The translations under genes were made by a program, and so were the position numbers. 64,000 nucleotides of DNA from Longimicrobiales bacterium (lineage in GTDB: Bacteria; Gemmatimonadota; Gemmatimonadetes; Longimicrobiales; Gaopeijiaceae): NCBI GenBank assembly GCA_965204735.1, contig OZ242008.1, forward strand, positions 3,136,001-3,200,000, read 5' to 3'. Every line of letters starts with the position of its first letter. Within the stretch, counting starts at the first letter, position 1. Positions 47,413-57,810 of the stretch are shown here, one piece after another. Under the pieces are notes generated by a model. That model saw only the letters and a list, made by a program, of their open reading frames with translations, ran no database searches and was not told the origin of the DNA.

Positions 47413-49239
47413 TCAACGATCCTCTGCTTGGCCCCCCCTTCCGCGATCCCCCTTGCGGTGCGATTCCGCAACCATCAACGCCGTCCGTCCCTTCGTCGTC
47501 AGCCGGTATCGTTGGGACGGGCTGGTCGGCTTCCCCGGCAGCGTCATCTCCAGCAGCCCGTGGGAGACGAGGCGCCTGATCCGTCGCCCAAAGCTTCCGC
47601 TTCGCCCCGAGTAGCGGCCAGCTGCCAGCAAGATGCTCCTGGGCGCGGGTTCCGCTGCAGCTGCCCGCAGGATGCGGACATCTCGGTTCGAGAGAGTCGG
47701 TCCGGCTGCTGAGTCCTGCGCCCGCCCCCGCCCAACGGACTGCTTCGCCCTGGTCTTCACTAGGCTTGGCCCCTGCTTGGCCCCCCTTTCGCCGCTTGGC
47801 TTCCGCTCGGCCCCCGCTTGGCTCCCGCTTGGCCCCCGCTTGGTCCCCTGCCTGGCCCTCCGCTTGAGCTCTGCTTGGCCCCCGCTTGGTCCCTCGCCTA
47901 GCCTCTGCTCGGCCGCTCGGCCCCCGCTTGGCCCCCGCTTGGCCCCCCTTTCGTCGCTTGGCCCCTGCTTGGCCCCTGCTTGGTCATTCGCTTGGCCCCC
48001 GCTTGGTCCCCCTTCCTCTGCTTGGCCCCTCCGTCGGCGGCGAATGGTCGTGACGAACCCTTCCGCTACGGCGAACTCCGGCTCGGGCAGCCCAGCCTCG
48101 CTGCATCGGCGAATCATGTCCAGGGTCCCGGTGCCCATCCTTTCGACGTACGCCACGAGATACATCGCATGGGCCAACAACGGATTGGTCGGCACCGAGC
48201 TGTGAGGAACCCGCAACTTGTCGAGCGTCAGCCGCGTCGGAAGGGTCCCCGGATTCCGGACCTCCATGCGGTCCTTGAACAGCATGACTTGCACGCTCCC
48301 GTTGCTTGCGTAGTCGCGATGAGCGACCGCGTTGACGATCGCCTCGACGATCACTTCCTTGGGGATCTCGTACGAGACGGGCGCTTGAATGCTCTCGGCC
48401 CTGGTGCCGACGGACAGGTCGATCCTGTCCAGCACGAAGTCGGCGGCCCGATCCACCATGTCGAAGACCGTGCCCTGATACACCTGATACGACGGAATCG
48501 GCTTGGCGACCCAAGTCCCGTGGAAATGCGCGCACCTGACTTCCGCGGTCGGCAGGTGTCGCTGCACCGACTTCCCGAACAAGAGCACGGCCGCGTTGGT
48601 GGGCCGTCCGTTGCTGAGCAGGTTGAGATGTTCCAAGAACGATTCCGGCGGCGCGTCCTCTGTCATGGCAAACCTCCTGACCCGTCGCGCCGTGCGAATG
48701 AACTGAACCATCCGCTCGTGGTCGAGAGCCCCGATTGTCGCCCCTTCGCAAGGAGCCGCGTCGAACCGACCGCGGTAGACCGCGTTGCGATCCTCCAGAA
48801 AATCCAGCAACGAGGCGTACAACGCCATCTGCAGCTCCATAGTGGAGTCGAACCGTCGTCGGACGAGATCGGTCTGCGCCCTGCGAATCAACGCCTGCAT
48901 CTTTGGATGGCGTCCCGCATCACCCCTTCCCTTCACGAACACCAGCCGCTTCACGCCCAGCTCCGACGCCCGATCAAACTCCCTCTCGGTGGGCGAAACA
49001 CCTTCCTCGTCCTCGCTTCCGTAGCCCCAACCGAACAATCCGACGTAGACGTCCGCCTTGTCGACCTCTCGCATGTAGACGCTGTCCGCGCTCCGGTCGC
49101 ACGCAGGAACATCTTCGAACAGAAACAGCTCGAAGAAGCGCCTCATCAGGGGATCGTCGCGAAAATAGTCCCTCAGTGCTTGGCACTCGGCGGCGAATTC
49201 GCTCTGGACGCTGCTGACGAAGACGCGAAAGCGAGTCAT
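47413..49239 (-). CDS. DUF4062 domain + RecG-C/HATPase_c_4-like domain + repeat linker + C-terminal winged HTH
   Basis: FRVFVSSVQSEF, YVGLFG..YG, SPTEREF; EAIVNAVAHRDY, NPG, ERMGTG; MTLPGKPTSPSQRYRLT. Confidence 0.8.
   Translation of the reverse strand: MTRFRVFVSSVQSEFAAECQALRDYFRDDPLMRRFFELFLFEDVPACDRSADSVYMREVDKADVYVGLFGWGYGSEDEEGVSPTEREFDRASELGVKRLVFVKGRGDAGRHPKMQALIRRAQTDLVRRRFDSTMELQMALYASLLDFLEDRNAVYRGRFDAAPCEGATIGALDHERMVQFIRTARRVRRFAMTEDAPPESFLEHLNLLSNGRPTNAAVLLFGKSVQRHLPTAEVRCAHFHGTWVAKPIPSYQVYQGTVFDMVDRAADFVLDRIDLSVGTRAESIQAPVSYEIPKEVIVEAIVNAVAHRDYASNGSVQVMLFKDRMEVRNPGTLPTRLTLDKLRVPHSSVPTNPLLAHAMYLVAYVERMGTGTLDMIRRCSEAGLPEPEFAVAEGFVTTIRRRRRGQAEEGGPSGGQANDQAGAKQGPSDERGAKRGPSGGRAAEQRLGEGPSGGQAELKRRARQGTKRGPSGSQAGAERKPSGERGAKQGPSLVKTRAKQSVGRGRAQDSAAGPTLSNRDVRILRAAAAEPAPRSILLAAGRYSGRSGSFGRRIRRLVSHGLLEMTLPGKPTSPSQRYRLTTKGRTALMVAESHRKGDRGRGGQAEDR
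47762..48030 (-). repeat. Degenerate in-frame repeats (GAKQGPS/GGPSGGQA)
   Basis: Many copies of GCTTGGCCCCC on the plus strand. Confidence 0.85.
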
Positions 49240-49273
49240 CGCATCCTCGACTGAAATCCCCCCTGCCTCCCGC

Positions 49274-50734
49274 TCACCGCACCCGGTGCGAGAAGTTGCC
49301 GTGGACGCTCAGCCGTTCGACGGCTCCGTCGGCGCCTCTGTGGAAGACGTATTCTTCCCCCAGGTCGCCGTCGTCGCGGACGCGGCGGAAGACGTCGCCG
49401 TCGTCGTGGCGGAGCTTGCGCAGGGCGTCCAGCGGGTCGCCGGTGGGCAGGCTCACCGCCGCCAAGCCGTCTTCCCAGCGCAGCACGACCGTCTCGCCCC
49501 AGTCGGACTCGTACAGCCCTTCGTAGCCTGCCAGCGAGGCCGACGGCGCCATTGCGCCGCCCGGGTCGTCCCGAATCGCCTTCAGCGCGGCGCCGAAGAT
49601 GCTCGCCATGCGCGCCCACACCTGATCCGGGCTGGTTCCCTGGGCGTTGATCATGACGACGCCGGCCAGCTTCTCGTCGGGGATCATCTGGAAGGTGGAG
49701 CGGAACCCCGGACAGGAGCCGCCGTGGCCGACGGTGCGCTCGCCGTCGCGCTGGGAGACGGAGAAGCCCAGGCCCCACATCGTCTCGAAGTCGGGGTCCA
49801 CCCAATGGACGCGGTGCATCTCCCTCAGCGTGTTGGCGTCCAGGACTTCGGCGCCGCCTTCCTCCAGCAGGCGGAACTGCCACGAAGCGAAGCGGGCCAG
49901 GTCCTCCACCGACGAGGCGAAGCCAGCCGCCGGGGCGATTCCGCGGGCCCGGAAGAACGGCGCCTCGGGCCTCTCGCCCAATCGGTTCAGCCGGGCGTAG
50001 CCAGTGGCGAATCGGCCTCCCTCGTGCTCGGCCGGGATGTCCGTGAAGGTGTCGTCCATCCCCAGCGGGTCCAGGACGCGGCTCCGCACGTAGGCGTCGT
50101 ACGCCGTGCCCGAAGCCTGCTCCACCAGCTGCCCCGCCAGCGCCATCCCCAGGTTCGAGTACTGGAAGTACTGGTGCGCCGGGTAGAGCGTCTCCTGCTC
50201 GTCGAGCCCGTCGATCACTTCGTCCCGGGTCGGGAAGGGGTACTCCGGGCCGGTCCAGTAGGGGTGGGCGGACTCCCGAGGCAGGCCGGAGGAATGGGTC
50301 AGGACACCTTCGACGGTGACGGGACCGCCGGCGTGGGACTGTTCGACTTCGTACCACGGCAGGTGGTCGGACACCGGGTCGCGCAGGCGCAACTTGTCCT
50401 CGTCGCGCTGCTGCATGACGCCAATCGACGTGAAGAGCTTCGAGATCGAGCAGATCGAGTAGAGGGTGGAGGGGGTCGCCGGAACTTCTTCATCCCGGTG
50501 GGCGAAGCCATAGCCCTTCGCCCAAACCAGCTCCTGGTCGTGGACGAGTCCCACCGACACGCCGGGGATCTTCTCGTAGGCCATCTTGGCGTCGAGCCAA
50601 GCCTCGAAGAGGGCCTCGGCCTGCTGGAAGCGAGGGTCGCCGGTGGGGTTTCCGTCGGCGGTCTGCGCGCACGCGGCGGATGGAACCAGCAAGAGGGCGA
50701 CGAGGGCGACGGCAGGATCGAGGGGACGGCGCAT
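49274..50734 (-). CDS. Serine hydrolase, beta-lactamase class C-like
   Basis: SISK, LTHSSGL, YSN, HGG motifs; signal peptide. Alternative TTG start at 50755. Confidence 0.9.
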   Translation of the reverse strand: MRRPLDPAVALVALLLVPSAACAQTADGNPTGDPRFQQAEALFEAWLDAKMAYEKIPGVSVGLVHDQELVWAKGYGFAHRDEEVPATPSTLYSICSISKLFTSIGVMQQRDEDKLRLRDPVSDHLPWYEVEQSHAGGPVTVEGVLTHSSGLPRESAHPYWTGPEYPFPTRDEVIDGLDEQETLYPAHQYFQYSNLGMALAGQLVEQASGTAYDAYVRSRVLDPLGMDDTFTDIPAEHEGGRFATGYARLNRLGERPEAPFFRARGIAPAAGFASSVEDLARFASWQFRLLEEGGAEVLDANTLREMHRVHWVDPDFETMWGLGFSVSQRDGERTVGHGGSCPGFRSTFQMIPDEKLAGVVMINAQGTSPDQVWARMASIFGAALKAIRDDPGGAMAPSASLAGYEGLYESDWGETVVLRWEDGLAAVSLPTGDPLDALRKLRHDDGDVFRRVRDDGDLGEEYVFHRGADGAVERLSVHGNFSHRVR

Positions 50735-50921
50735 CGGGCGGCGCTCCTGGCTCAAGGGTCACGTGGGGGGCAGCAACAAAGCCGTGGACGGCGGACCGGT
50801 AAGACTAACCCGCCCAGGCGTCCGGCGCGAGGGGAACGGCATCTGGCGCAGGGGGAACTGCCGGACCCACATTGCTCGTCCCGGTTCGCCATTGACCCGC
50901 CCAACGCCGGAGAACTCCTTC

Positions 50922-52664
50922 ATGCGCCCCGACGCCGCCACGCGCTTCAACGTCCAGTCCGCCAGCGCCTGCGCCACCCGCGCCTCCGCCACCTCCGTTG
51001 CGCCCCACGCCCTGCCGCGCACGCGCATCGTGATCTTGGGAAGCGTCGCCGTCGCGCTGGCCTTCGCGTCTCCCGCTCCACCCGTCGCGCAAGCCCAGGA
51101 CCTCGACGGCATCAAGAACGAGGCGCTGGGCTTGGTCGAGGCCCGGTCGAAGCAGGTCCAGGAGATCGTGGACATGCTCTTCTCCTTCGGGGAGCTGGGC
51201 ATGCAGGAGTTCGAAACGCAGCGCTACTTGACGAGCATCTTGGCGGACGCAGGCTTCGAGGTCGAGCTCGGAGTCGCGGGGATGCCGAGCGCATGGACTG
51301 CGCGGTGGTCCAACGGGGACGGCGCTCCCGTGATCGCCCTGGGCTCCGACGTGGACGGGATTCCCCAGTCGAACCAGAAGCCGGGAGTGGGGTACCGCGA
51401 GCCGATCGTCTCCATGGCGCCCGGCCACGGCGAAGGGCACAACTCGGGACAGGCCGTCAACATCGTCGCCGCGCTGGCGGTCAAGGAGCTCATGGAGCGC
51501 GACGGCATCTCGGGCACGCTGCTGATCTGGCCGGGCATCGCCGAGGAACAGCTGGGGTCCAAGGCCTACTTCGTACGCGAAGGCGTGTTCGAAGGCGTCG
51601 ACGTGAATCTGTTCACGCACGTGAGCAACAACTTCGGCGTGTCGTGGGGACAGGGCGGAGGCAACGCCCTCATGTCCGTGCAGTACCGCTTCGCCGGCGA
51701 GACCGCTCACTCCGCGGGCGCGCCGTGGCGGGGACGCTCCGCCCTCGACGCGGTCATGCTCATGGCCCAAGCCGTGGAGTACAAGCGCGAGCACCTTCGG
51801 CCGGCTTACCGCATCCACTACATCATCGTGGACGGCGGCGACCAGCCCAACGTGGTGCCGCAAACGGCGACGATCTGGTTCTTCTTCCGCGAGCGCGACT
51901 ACGATGGCGTCATGGCCATCTACAACGCCGCGAACAAGATGGCCGAGGGTGCGGCGCTCATGACGGACACGCAGGTCGACACGATAATGACGATCGGCTC
52001 GGCGTGGAGCCGCCACTTCAACAAGCCGGTGGCGGAGGTCACCTACGCCAACATGGAGCGGGTCGGCCTGCCCGACTGGGACGACGCGGACATTGCGCTG
52101 GCCAAGGGCATTCAGCGCGAGCTGGGCAGCGAAGAGGAAGGGCTGGCCACGGAGATCCGCGAGCTTCAGGGTCCGGTCGACTTGAGCCGCTCTCTTGGCG
52201 GCGGCTCCGACGACATCGGCGACATCTCGTGGAACATGCCCACGGTCACGTTGCGCTTTCCGTCGAACGTCAGCGGCACGCCGGGGCACCACTGGGCCAA
52301 CGGGATCACCATGGCCACGCCGATTGCCCACAAGGGCGCGGTTGCGGGCGCCAAAGTGCAGGCGCTGACGGTGCTGGACTTGTTGATCAAGGACGAGTTG
52401 ATCGAGGATGCATGGGAGTACTTCAACGACGTGCAGACTGCGGAGACGACGTACACTCCCTTCATTACTCCCGAGGACCAGCCCGCGATCTGGCTCAACG
52501 CCGACATCATGCGACGATGGAAGCCCGAGCTGGAGAAGCACTACTACGACCCGTCCCGCTTCGACTCGTACCTGGAGCAGTTGGGGATCGAGTACCCGAC
52601 GGTGCGGAGCACCCCGGTGAGTCAGGACGGCACCGGGAACGGAGGCGGGGAGCGGGAGGAGTAG
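50922..52664 (+). CDS. M20 amidohydrolase (AbgB-like), secreted
   Basis: ELGMQE, GHGEGHN, AEE, AHSAGAPW.GRSALDA, GGDQPNVVP, GGSDD.GD.SW. Confidence 0.88.
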   Translation: MRPDAATRFNVQSASACATRASATSVAPHALPRTRIVILGSVAVALAFASPAPPVAQAQDLDGIKNEALGLVEARSKQVQEIVDMLFSFGELGMQEFETQRYLTSILADAGFEVELGVAGMPSAWTARWSNGDGAPVIALGSDVDGIPQSNQKPGVGYREPIVSMAPGHGEGHNSGQAVNIVAALAVKELMERDGISGTLLIWPGIAEEQLGSKAYFVREGVFEGVDVNLFTHVSNNFGVSWGQGGGNALMSVQYRFAGETAHSAGAPWRGRSALDAVMLMAQAVEYKREHLRPAYRIHYIIVDGGDQPNVVPQTATIWFFFRERDYDGVMAIYNAANKMAEGAALMTDTQVDTIMTIGSAWSRHFNKPVAEVTYANMERVGLPDWDDADIALAKGIQRELGSEEEGLATEIRELQGPVDLSRSLGGGSDDIGDISWNMPTVTLRFPSNVSGTPGHHWANGITMATPIAHKGAVAGAKVQALTVLDLLIKDELIEDAWEYFNDVQTAETTYTPFITPEDQPAIWLNADIMRRWKPELEKHYYDPSRFDSYLEQLGIEYPTVRSTPVSQDGTGNGGGEREE

Positions 52665-52810
52665 GAGCGACGGAGGGGAGCCGGCGACGCTGGTTCCGGT
52701 GAGCTTCTCGGTCCAGCGGGTCCCGGAGCGGGAGTAGGGAGCGGCGGAGGGGAGCCAGCGACGGCGGAGGGGAGCCAGCGACGGCGCGGGGGAGCTGGTG
52801 ACGGCGCGGG
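52648..52810. repeat. Imperfect ~20-bp G-rich tandem repeats downstream of the amidohydrolase
   Basis: GACGGCGGAGGGGAGCCAGC-like units. Confidence 0.7.
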
Positions 52811-53080
52811 GAGGCGTTGCGCCGGGCATGGGAGTGGGACGGCGGCGAAGCCGGCGGTTGGGGGAAGGCGTTGAAGCGACTGGGCTGACGACAGCTCCGG
52901 GGTCCGGAGGATCGTACTTGAGCGGCTCTGCAGGCTCGCCCGAGCGATTGTCCACGGGCTGAACGCGGGCTAGCTTCCGGTCTCGCGGAGCCAAGGAGGA
53001 GCGTGGCCTGAAGGGGCCAGCGTCCTCGCCACTACTTGCTACAAGGGCCGTTCAACGGCGGCCGAGAAAGGGTCAGGGAA

Positions 53081-53930
53081 ATGGAATGGATTCCAGTCGG
53101 TACTTTCATCGCAGCCGTCGCAGCCGCAGTGTCGTGTTTGTTCTCCGCACGTACCTTCTTCCTACACAGGGGGGAGGTGCGGAAGGCGGACTTCGACCGC
53201 CGCTTCAGCGAGGCCGAGGAAGCGCGCAAGGCTCTCGCCGCCGAGGCTGAGGAAGCGCGCAAGGCCCTCGCCGCCAAGGCCGAGGAAGAACGCAAGGCCC
53301 TCGCCGCCGAGATGAAGGAAGGCCTCGCCAAGGCCGAGGACGAGCGCAAGGCCCTCGCCGCCAAGGCCGAGGAAGAGCGCAAGGCCCTCGCCGCCGAGAT
53401 GAAGGAGGGCCTCGCCAAGGCCGAGGACGAGCGCAAGGCCCTCGCCGCCAAGGCCGAGGACGAACGCAAGGCCCTCGCCGCCGAGATGAAGGAGGGCCTC
53501 GCCAAGGCCGAGGACGAACGCAAGACCCTCGCCGCCGAGACGAAGGAGGGCTTCGCCAAGGCCGAGGACGAACGCAAGACCCTCGCCGCCGAGACGAAGG
53601 AAGGCCTCGCCAAGGCCGAGGACGAACGCAAGGCCCTCGCCGCCGAGACGAAGGAAGGCCTCGCCAAGGCCGAGGACGAACGCAAGGCCCTCGCCGCCGA
53701 GACGAAGGAGGGCCTCGCCAAGGCCGAGGAGTTTTCGACCTTGCCGGGTGTGGGCTTCGAGAATCCGAGGAAGGGCACAAGGAGGGCTTCGCCAAGGCCG
53801 AGGAAGGGCGCAAGGCCTTCGCCGCCGAGATGAAGGATCACGAGGCTGGGGATCAGGACCCTGCCGGCGGACCGACTCTGCCGGCTGGACCGACCTCGCC
53901 GTGGAGATCCTCCGGTTGAGGAGCGCGTAG
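53081..53930 (+). CDS. Membrane-anchored coiled-coil repeat protein, 3' end probably frameshifted
   Basis: N-terminal TM helix; 33/54-bp repeats AE(E/D)ERKALAA(K/EMKEGLAK); ORF stops at 53833 but repeat-like and terminal sequence continue in other frames to 53930. Confidence 0.65.
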
Positions 53931-53990
53931 GCAAGGCAGCGCTCGTGCTCCCGCTGCCGCCTTCGCGCACAGCCTAAACACGGATGGGCG

Positions 53991-55076
53991 CTACCTTCGC
54001 TCGTACCTCCGCAGCCGCCTGGGGCCGACCTCGGCGCCGTAGATGTTTCCATGACGGTCCACCGCCACGCCTTCCGCCCCGCTGGTGCCGGAGCGATCGG
54101 GGTCGGGCTCCGGGTCTGGGATGAACGCCGTCACCCAGCCGTCCACCACGCTGCCGATGTAGATGCCCCGCCGGTAGCCTCGGTTCCGACGCGCGTTGGA
54201 CTCGGAGTCCGCGGCGTACAGCACGTCGGCGTCGTCGATGAACAGCCCGCTGGGGCGGCCGAACTGGGTCCACGTCTCCAGGTGGGCGCCTTCCTGGTCG
54301 AAGATCTGTATGCGGGAGTTGCCCCGGTCGGCCACGAAGAGCCGACCCTGCGAATCCATGGCCAGGGCATGGGGGTCCCGGAACTGGCCCACGCCGCTCC
54401 CGGTCTCGCCCCACGCCATGACGAAGGACCCGTCGGGTGCCAGCTTCACGATCCGGTTGTTCCCGCCGGCGTCGTGGCCGTCCGCGATGAAGATGTGGCC
54501 GTCGGGCGCGACCAGCACGTCGGAAGGCTTGTTGAAGATCTGGTCGCCCTCTCCAGCGATGCCGTGCTGTCCCAGCGTCATCAGGAGGTCGCCTTCGGGA
54601 CTGTACTTCAGGACGACGTGGCCGACACCTTCCGGTACCGGCGCGTAGCCCACCGCGTCGGCGATCCAGACGTTGCCGTCCCGGTCCACGAAGATCCCGT
54701 GGGGCCACACGATCTGCCCGGCGCCGAAGCTGCGCACCAAGTTGCCGTCCTGGTCGAAGAGCATGACCGGGTCCAAGTCGCTGCCCACGCAGAGGTTGGC
54801 GGCGCAGCGGTCCGCCACCCAGATGTTCCCGGCGCCGTCGGGGTAGACGGCGCTCGTGGCGCCCCACTCCCGGTCCAGCTTTGCCCAGCCGTCCACGGCG
54901 ACGTAGGGGCTGGGAAGAGTCCCCTGCGCCTTGGTCGGCCCAGCCGAAGCCCCGGCCCCCACCGTCGCGGCGACCAGCACGGCGGACGCGGACGGCGCGA
55001 ACGCGAGCTTGCGGCCGCTGCGAGCAGTTCGGGAGCGGCCCGGCTTCCTAGGGTGTCTGGGCTCCGTGCGAAGCAT
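53991..55076 (-). CDS. NHL-repeat protein (peptidyl-alpha-hydroxyglycine lyase-like)
   Basis: PHGIFVDRDGNVWIAD, FNKPSDV, FRDPHALAMDSQGRLFVADRGNSRIQIFD. Confidence 0.88.
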   Translation of the reverse strand: MLRTEPRHPRKPGRSRTARSGRKLAFAPSASAVLVAATVGAGASAGPTKAQGTLPSPYVAVDGWAKLDREWGATSAVYPDGAGNIWVADRCAANLCVGSDLDPVMLFDQDGNLVRSFGAGQIVWPHGIFVDRDGNVWIADAVGYAPVPEGVGHVVLKYSPEGDLLMTLGQHGIAGEGDQIFNKPSDVLVAPDGHIFIADGHDAGGNNRIVKLAPDGSFVMAWGETGSGVGQFRDPHALAMDSQGRLFVADRGNSRIQIFDQEGAHLETWTQFGRPSGLFIDDADVLYAADSESNARRNRGYRRGIYIGSVVDGWVTAFIPDPEPDPDRSGTSGAEGVAVDRHGNIYGAEVGPRRLRRYERR

Positions 55077-56469
55077 CGTCGTTTCCTCCGGTCGAGTGGA
55101 TTGGTGCTGCCGGTTCGGCGGTATCCGTATCCTGCCTTGCAGAACGCCGTTCCGCCAGTCTCGTTCCCAGCCGCCGGTGGACTCCGGCCAGCGCCCACGC
55201 CGCCGAGGCCACGATCAGCGCAAGCATGATCCATCGAAGGACCGCCGCCCAGAACGTCGCATCCCAGCCGGGGGGACGGAAGTCGTACGCCGTCAGCCGT
55301 CCCCAGCGCTCGGCGGTCCAGTGCCAAGCCACGTGGGCCGCCACGGCCGACGCCAGGATTCCCGCGACCCGCGGGCGCGGCGCCTTCGCTAGGAGCAGCG
55401 CCAGCCCAGGCACCATCACCGCCAGGGCGGCCAGCTGGCCCAGCTCCACGCCGACGTTGAACGCCAGCAGGGAGGCGTACAGGTGCGAGCCCGCGAACTG
55501 GAGCGACTCCCGCAGCGCAAACGAGAACCCGAAGCCGTGGACCAAGCCGAAGCCGAAGGCCCATGCCCAGCGCCGGTCCAGCTTCTTGGCCAGGATGTTT
55601 TCGAGCGCCATGTAGAGGATCGACGCGGCGATCAACGTCTCCACCAGGGACGGGAACCAGAAGGCCCTCGGCGCCACCCCCAGCGCCGACGCCGCCAAAG
55701 TGATCGAGTGGGCGACCGTGAACGCGGTGACGACCGCCACGAGAGGCCGGACGCGCCGCAGCGGAACCACGAGGCAGAAGAGGAAGAGGAGGTGGTCGGC
55801 GCCGTCCAGGATGTGGGCGAAGCCGAGGGACACGAACCGCGCGAAGGCTTGGTGCCAGCGCGGATCCAGGCGCACGCGGCCTGGGTTGCCGTCGTACTGG
55901 TACGCCCGCTCGGCGCCGCTGGAAGTCACGTACCGCAGGACGGTGGTGGTGCGGACGCCCAGGTGAGCCCACGCCGGATCGATCGAGAAGCGCGACTGCT
56001 CCGATGCGACGGGCGTGCGGAGGACCACGTCCAGCACGGCTTGCTCCAGCATCAGGTCGGTGGCGGGGGGAAGGCCGGGGCCGCTCACGTGGGCCAGGGC
56101 CATGTCGTAGTCCCGGAACGACGGGTCCGACGGGAGGGAGACGCGGACGCCGGCCACGACCGGGTCCGGGAGACGGGCCGATCCTTCGTACAGGGAGACG
56201 TAGCCGCCCAGCCAGAGGGCGGCCTGTTCGGCGAGGAGAGGACGGGCGGCTTCGATGTCCAGGTAGCCGGGACCCCGCACCGGGAACTCCGCGTCCCGCA
56301 TCGACGCGAGGGGAACCCGCACGATCAGCCAGAGGGCGCCGTTCTCGGCCTTCGCGAAGGCGCGCACCACCACGTCCGACGGCACTTCGTGAGCGGCGGG
56401 CCGAGCAGGAAGGGCGAGCAGCACGGCCGCAACCAGCGGGACGGCGCGGCAAATCCGTCGCCCTCCCAT
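55048..56469 (-). CDS. HupE/UreJ-family membrane protein with N-terminal extracytoplasmic domain
   Basis: AAHE signal; LGFAHILDGADHLLF, FTVAHSITL, FGLVHGFGF, FNVGVELGQ. Confidence 0.88.
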   Translation of the reverse strand: MGGRRICRAVPLVAAVLLALPARPAAHEVPSDVVVRAFAKAENGALWLIVRVPLASMRDAEFPVRGPGYLDIEAARPLLAEQAALWLGGYVSLYEGSARLPDPVVAGVRVSLPSDPSFRDYDMALAHVSGPGLPPATDLMLEQAVLDVVLRTPVASEQSRFSIDPAWAHLGVRTTTVLRYVTSSGAERAYQYDGNPGRVRLDPRWHQAFARFVSLGFAHILDGADHLLFLFCLVVPLRRVRPLVAVVTAFTVAHSITLAASALGVAPRAFWFPSLVETLIAASILYMALENILAKKLDRRWAWAFGFGLVHGFGFSFALRESLQFAGSHLYASLLAFNVGVELGQLAALAVMVPGLALLLAKAPRPRVAGILASAVAAHVAWHWTAERWGRLTAYDFRPPGWDATFWAAVLRWIMLALIVASAAWALAGVHRRLGTRLAERRSARQDTDTAEPAAPIHSTGGNDDASHGAQTP

Positions 56470-56539
56470 GGCAGGCCGCTCGCTCCCGTCGTACTTTGCC
56501 ACTGCTCCCGAGCCTCTTTGTTTCAACACGGAGTTCCCC

Positions 56540-57718
56540 ATGAAGCGCAACGTGACCATCGGCGTCGTTCTGGTCGCGGCCTTGGCGGCCGTCTACGTCG
56601 GCCAGGCCCGCCTCCAGGACGTCGCGGCAGCCGCCCCCGACGCCCCGATCTTCGAGGTGGACCCCTTCTGGCCCCAGCCCCTTCCCAACCACTGGGTGCT
56701 GGGTTCGGTGGTGGGCGTCGGCGTGGACTCGCGGGACCACGTCTTCGTCATCCACCGGAAGGCGCCCCTCAACGAGCGCACGGAGATCGGCGCAGCCACC
56801 GATCCGCCCACGGGCGAGTGTTGCCTGCCGGCTCCCTACGTACTGGAGTTCGACCCCGAGGGCAACTTGGTCAACAGCTGGGGCGGGCCGGGCGAGGGGT
56901 ACGACTGGCCCGCGTCCAACCACGGAATCACCGTGGACCCCATGGACAACATCTGGATCGGCGGCAACGGGCCGGGGGACTCCCAGATCCTCAAGTTCAG
57001 CCGCAGCGGCGAGTTCCTCATGCAGATCGGCGAGGCCGGCCTGCCGACGAACAGCAACAGCCGCGAGCACTTCGGCCGGGTCGCCAAGATCTCCTTCGAC
57101 GCCTCTGCCAACGAGGCGTACCTGGCCGACGGCTACGCGAACAGGCGGGTGGCGGTGCTGGACATCGCCACCGGCGAGTTCAAGCGCTATTGGGGCGCCT
57201 ACGGCAACGAACCCAGCGACGAGGACCTGGGGCGCTACGATCCGGCCGCCCCTCCCGCCCAGCAGTTCCGCAACCCCGTGCACTGCGCCGATCCGTCCAC
57301 CGACGGTCACGTGTACGTCTGCGACCGGCAGAACAACCGCATTCAAGTCTTCCGGGTCGACGGCACCTTCGTCGCCGAGAAGGTGATCGCTCCCATGACG
57401 CTTGGAGACGGATCCACATGGGACATCGCCTTCTCCAGGGACCCGGAGCAGAAGTACATGTACGTGGCCGACGGCAAGAACATGAAGGTGTACGTGATGG
57501 ATCGGGAGTCGCTGGAGGTCTTGACGACGTTCGGCGACGGAGGGCGCCAGCCCGGCCTCTTCTTCGCCGTGCACAGCATCGCCACCGACTCCCAAGGCAA
57601 CATCTACACCACCGAGACCTACGAAGGGAAGCGCGTCCAGAAGTTCGTCTACAGGGGCGTGGGACCCGTCTCCGCAATGGACCAGGGCGCCCCCTGGCCG
57701 GGACGCGCCGGCAGCTGA
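56540..57718 (+). CDS. NHL-repeat secreted protein
   Basis: FEVDPFWP, HGITVD, ADGY.NRRV, VYVCDRQNNRIQVF, HSIATDSQGNIY. Confidence 0.85.
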   Translation: MKRNVTIGVVLVAALAAVYVGQARLQDVAAAAPDAPIFEVDPFWPQPLPNHWVLGSVVGVGVDSRDHVFVIHRKAPLNERTEIGAATDPPTGECCLPAPYVLEFDPEGNLVNSWGGPGEGYDWPASNHGITVDPMDNIWIGGNGPGDSQILKFSRSGEFLMQIGEAGLPTNSNSREHFGRVAKISFDASANEAYLADGYANRRVAVLDIATGEFKRYWGAYGNEPSDEDLGRYDPAAPPAQQFRNPVHCADPSTDGHVYVCDRQNNRIQVFRVDGTFVAEKVIAPMTLGDGSTWDIAFSRDPEQKYMYVADGKNMKVYVMDRESLEVLTTFGDGGRQPGLFFAVHSIATDSQGNIYTTETYEGKRVQKFVYRGVGPVSAMDQGAPWPGRAGS

Positions 57719-57810
57719 GCCCGCCCCGCGCCGTCCCGGCGCCGACCCTCGTGCGGGAGGCGCCGACCGCCCGAGCACCCGTCCCGTCGCACGGAAAGGA
57801 CCTGCCGATC

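Noticed and set aside
49274..50734. Antibiotic-resistance beta-lactamase call
   Set aside because: HGG replaces the KTG triad; this fits the broad serine hydrolase/peptidase family, so resistance is unsupported.
53032..54052. Minus-strand repeat ORFs (SSALARPS.., LGEALL..)
   Set aside because: Antisense readings of the coiled-coil repeat gene.
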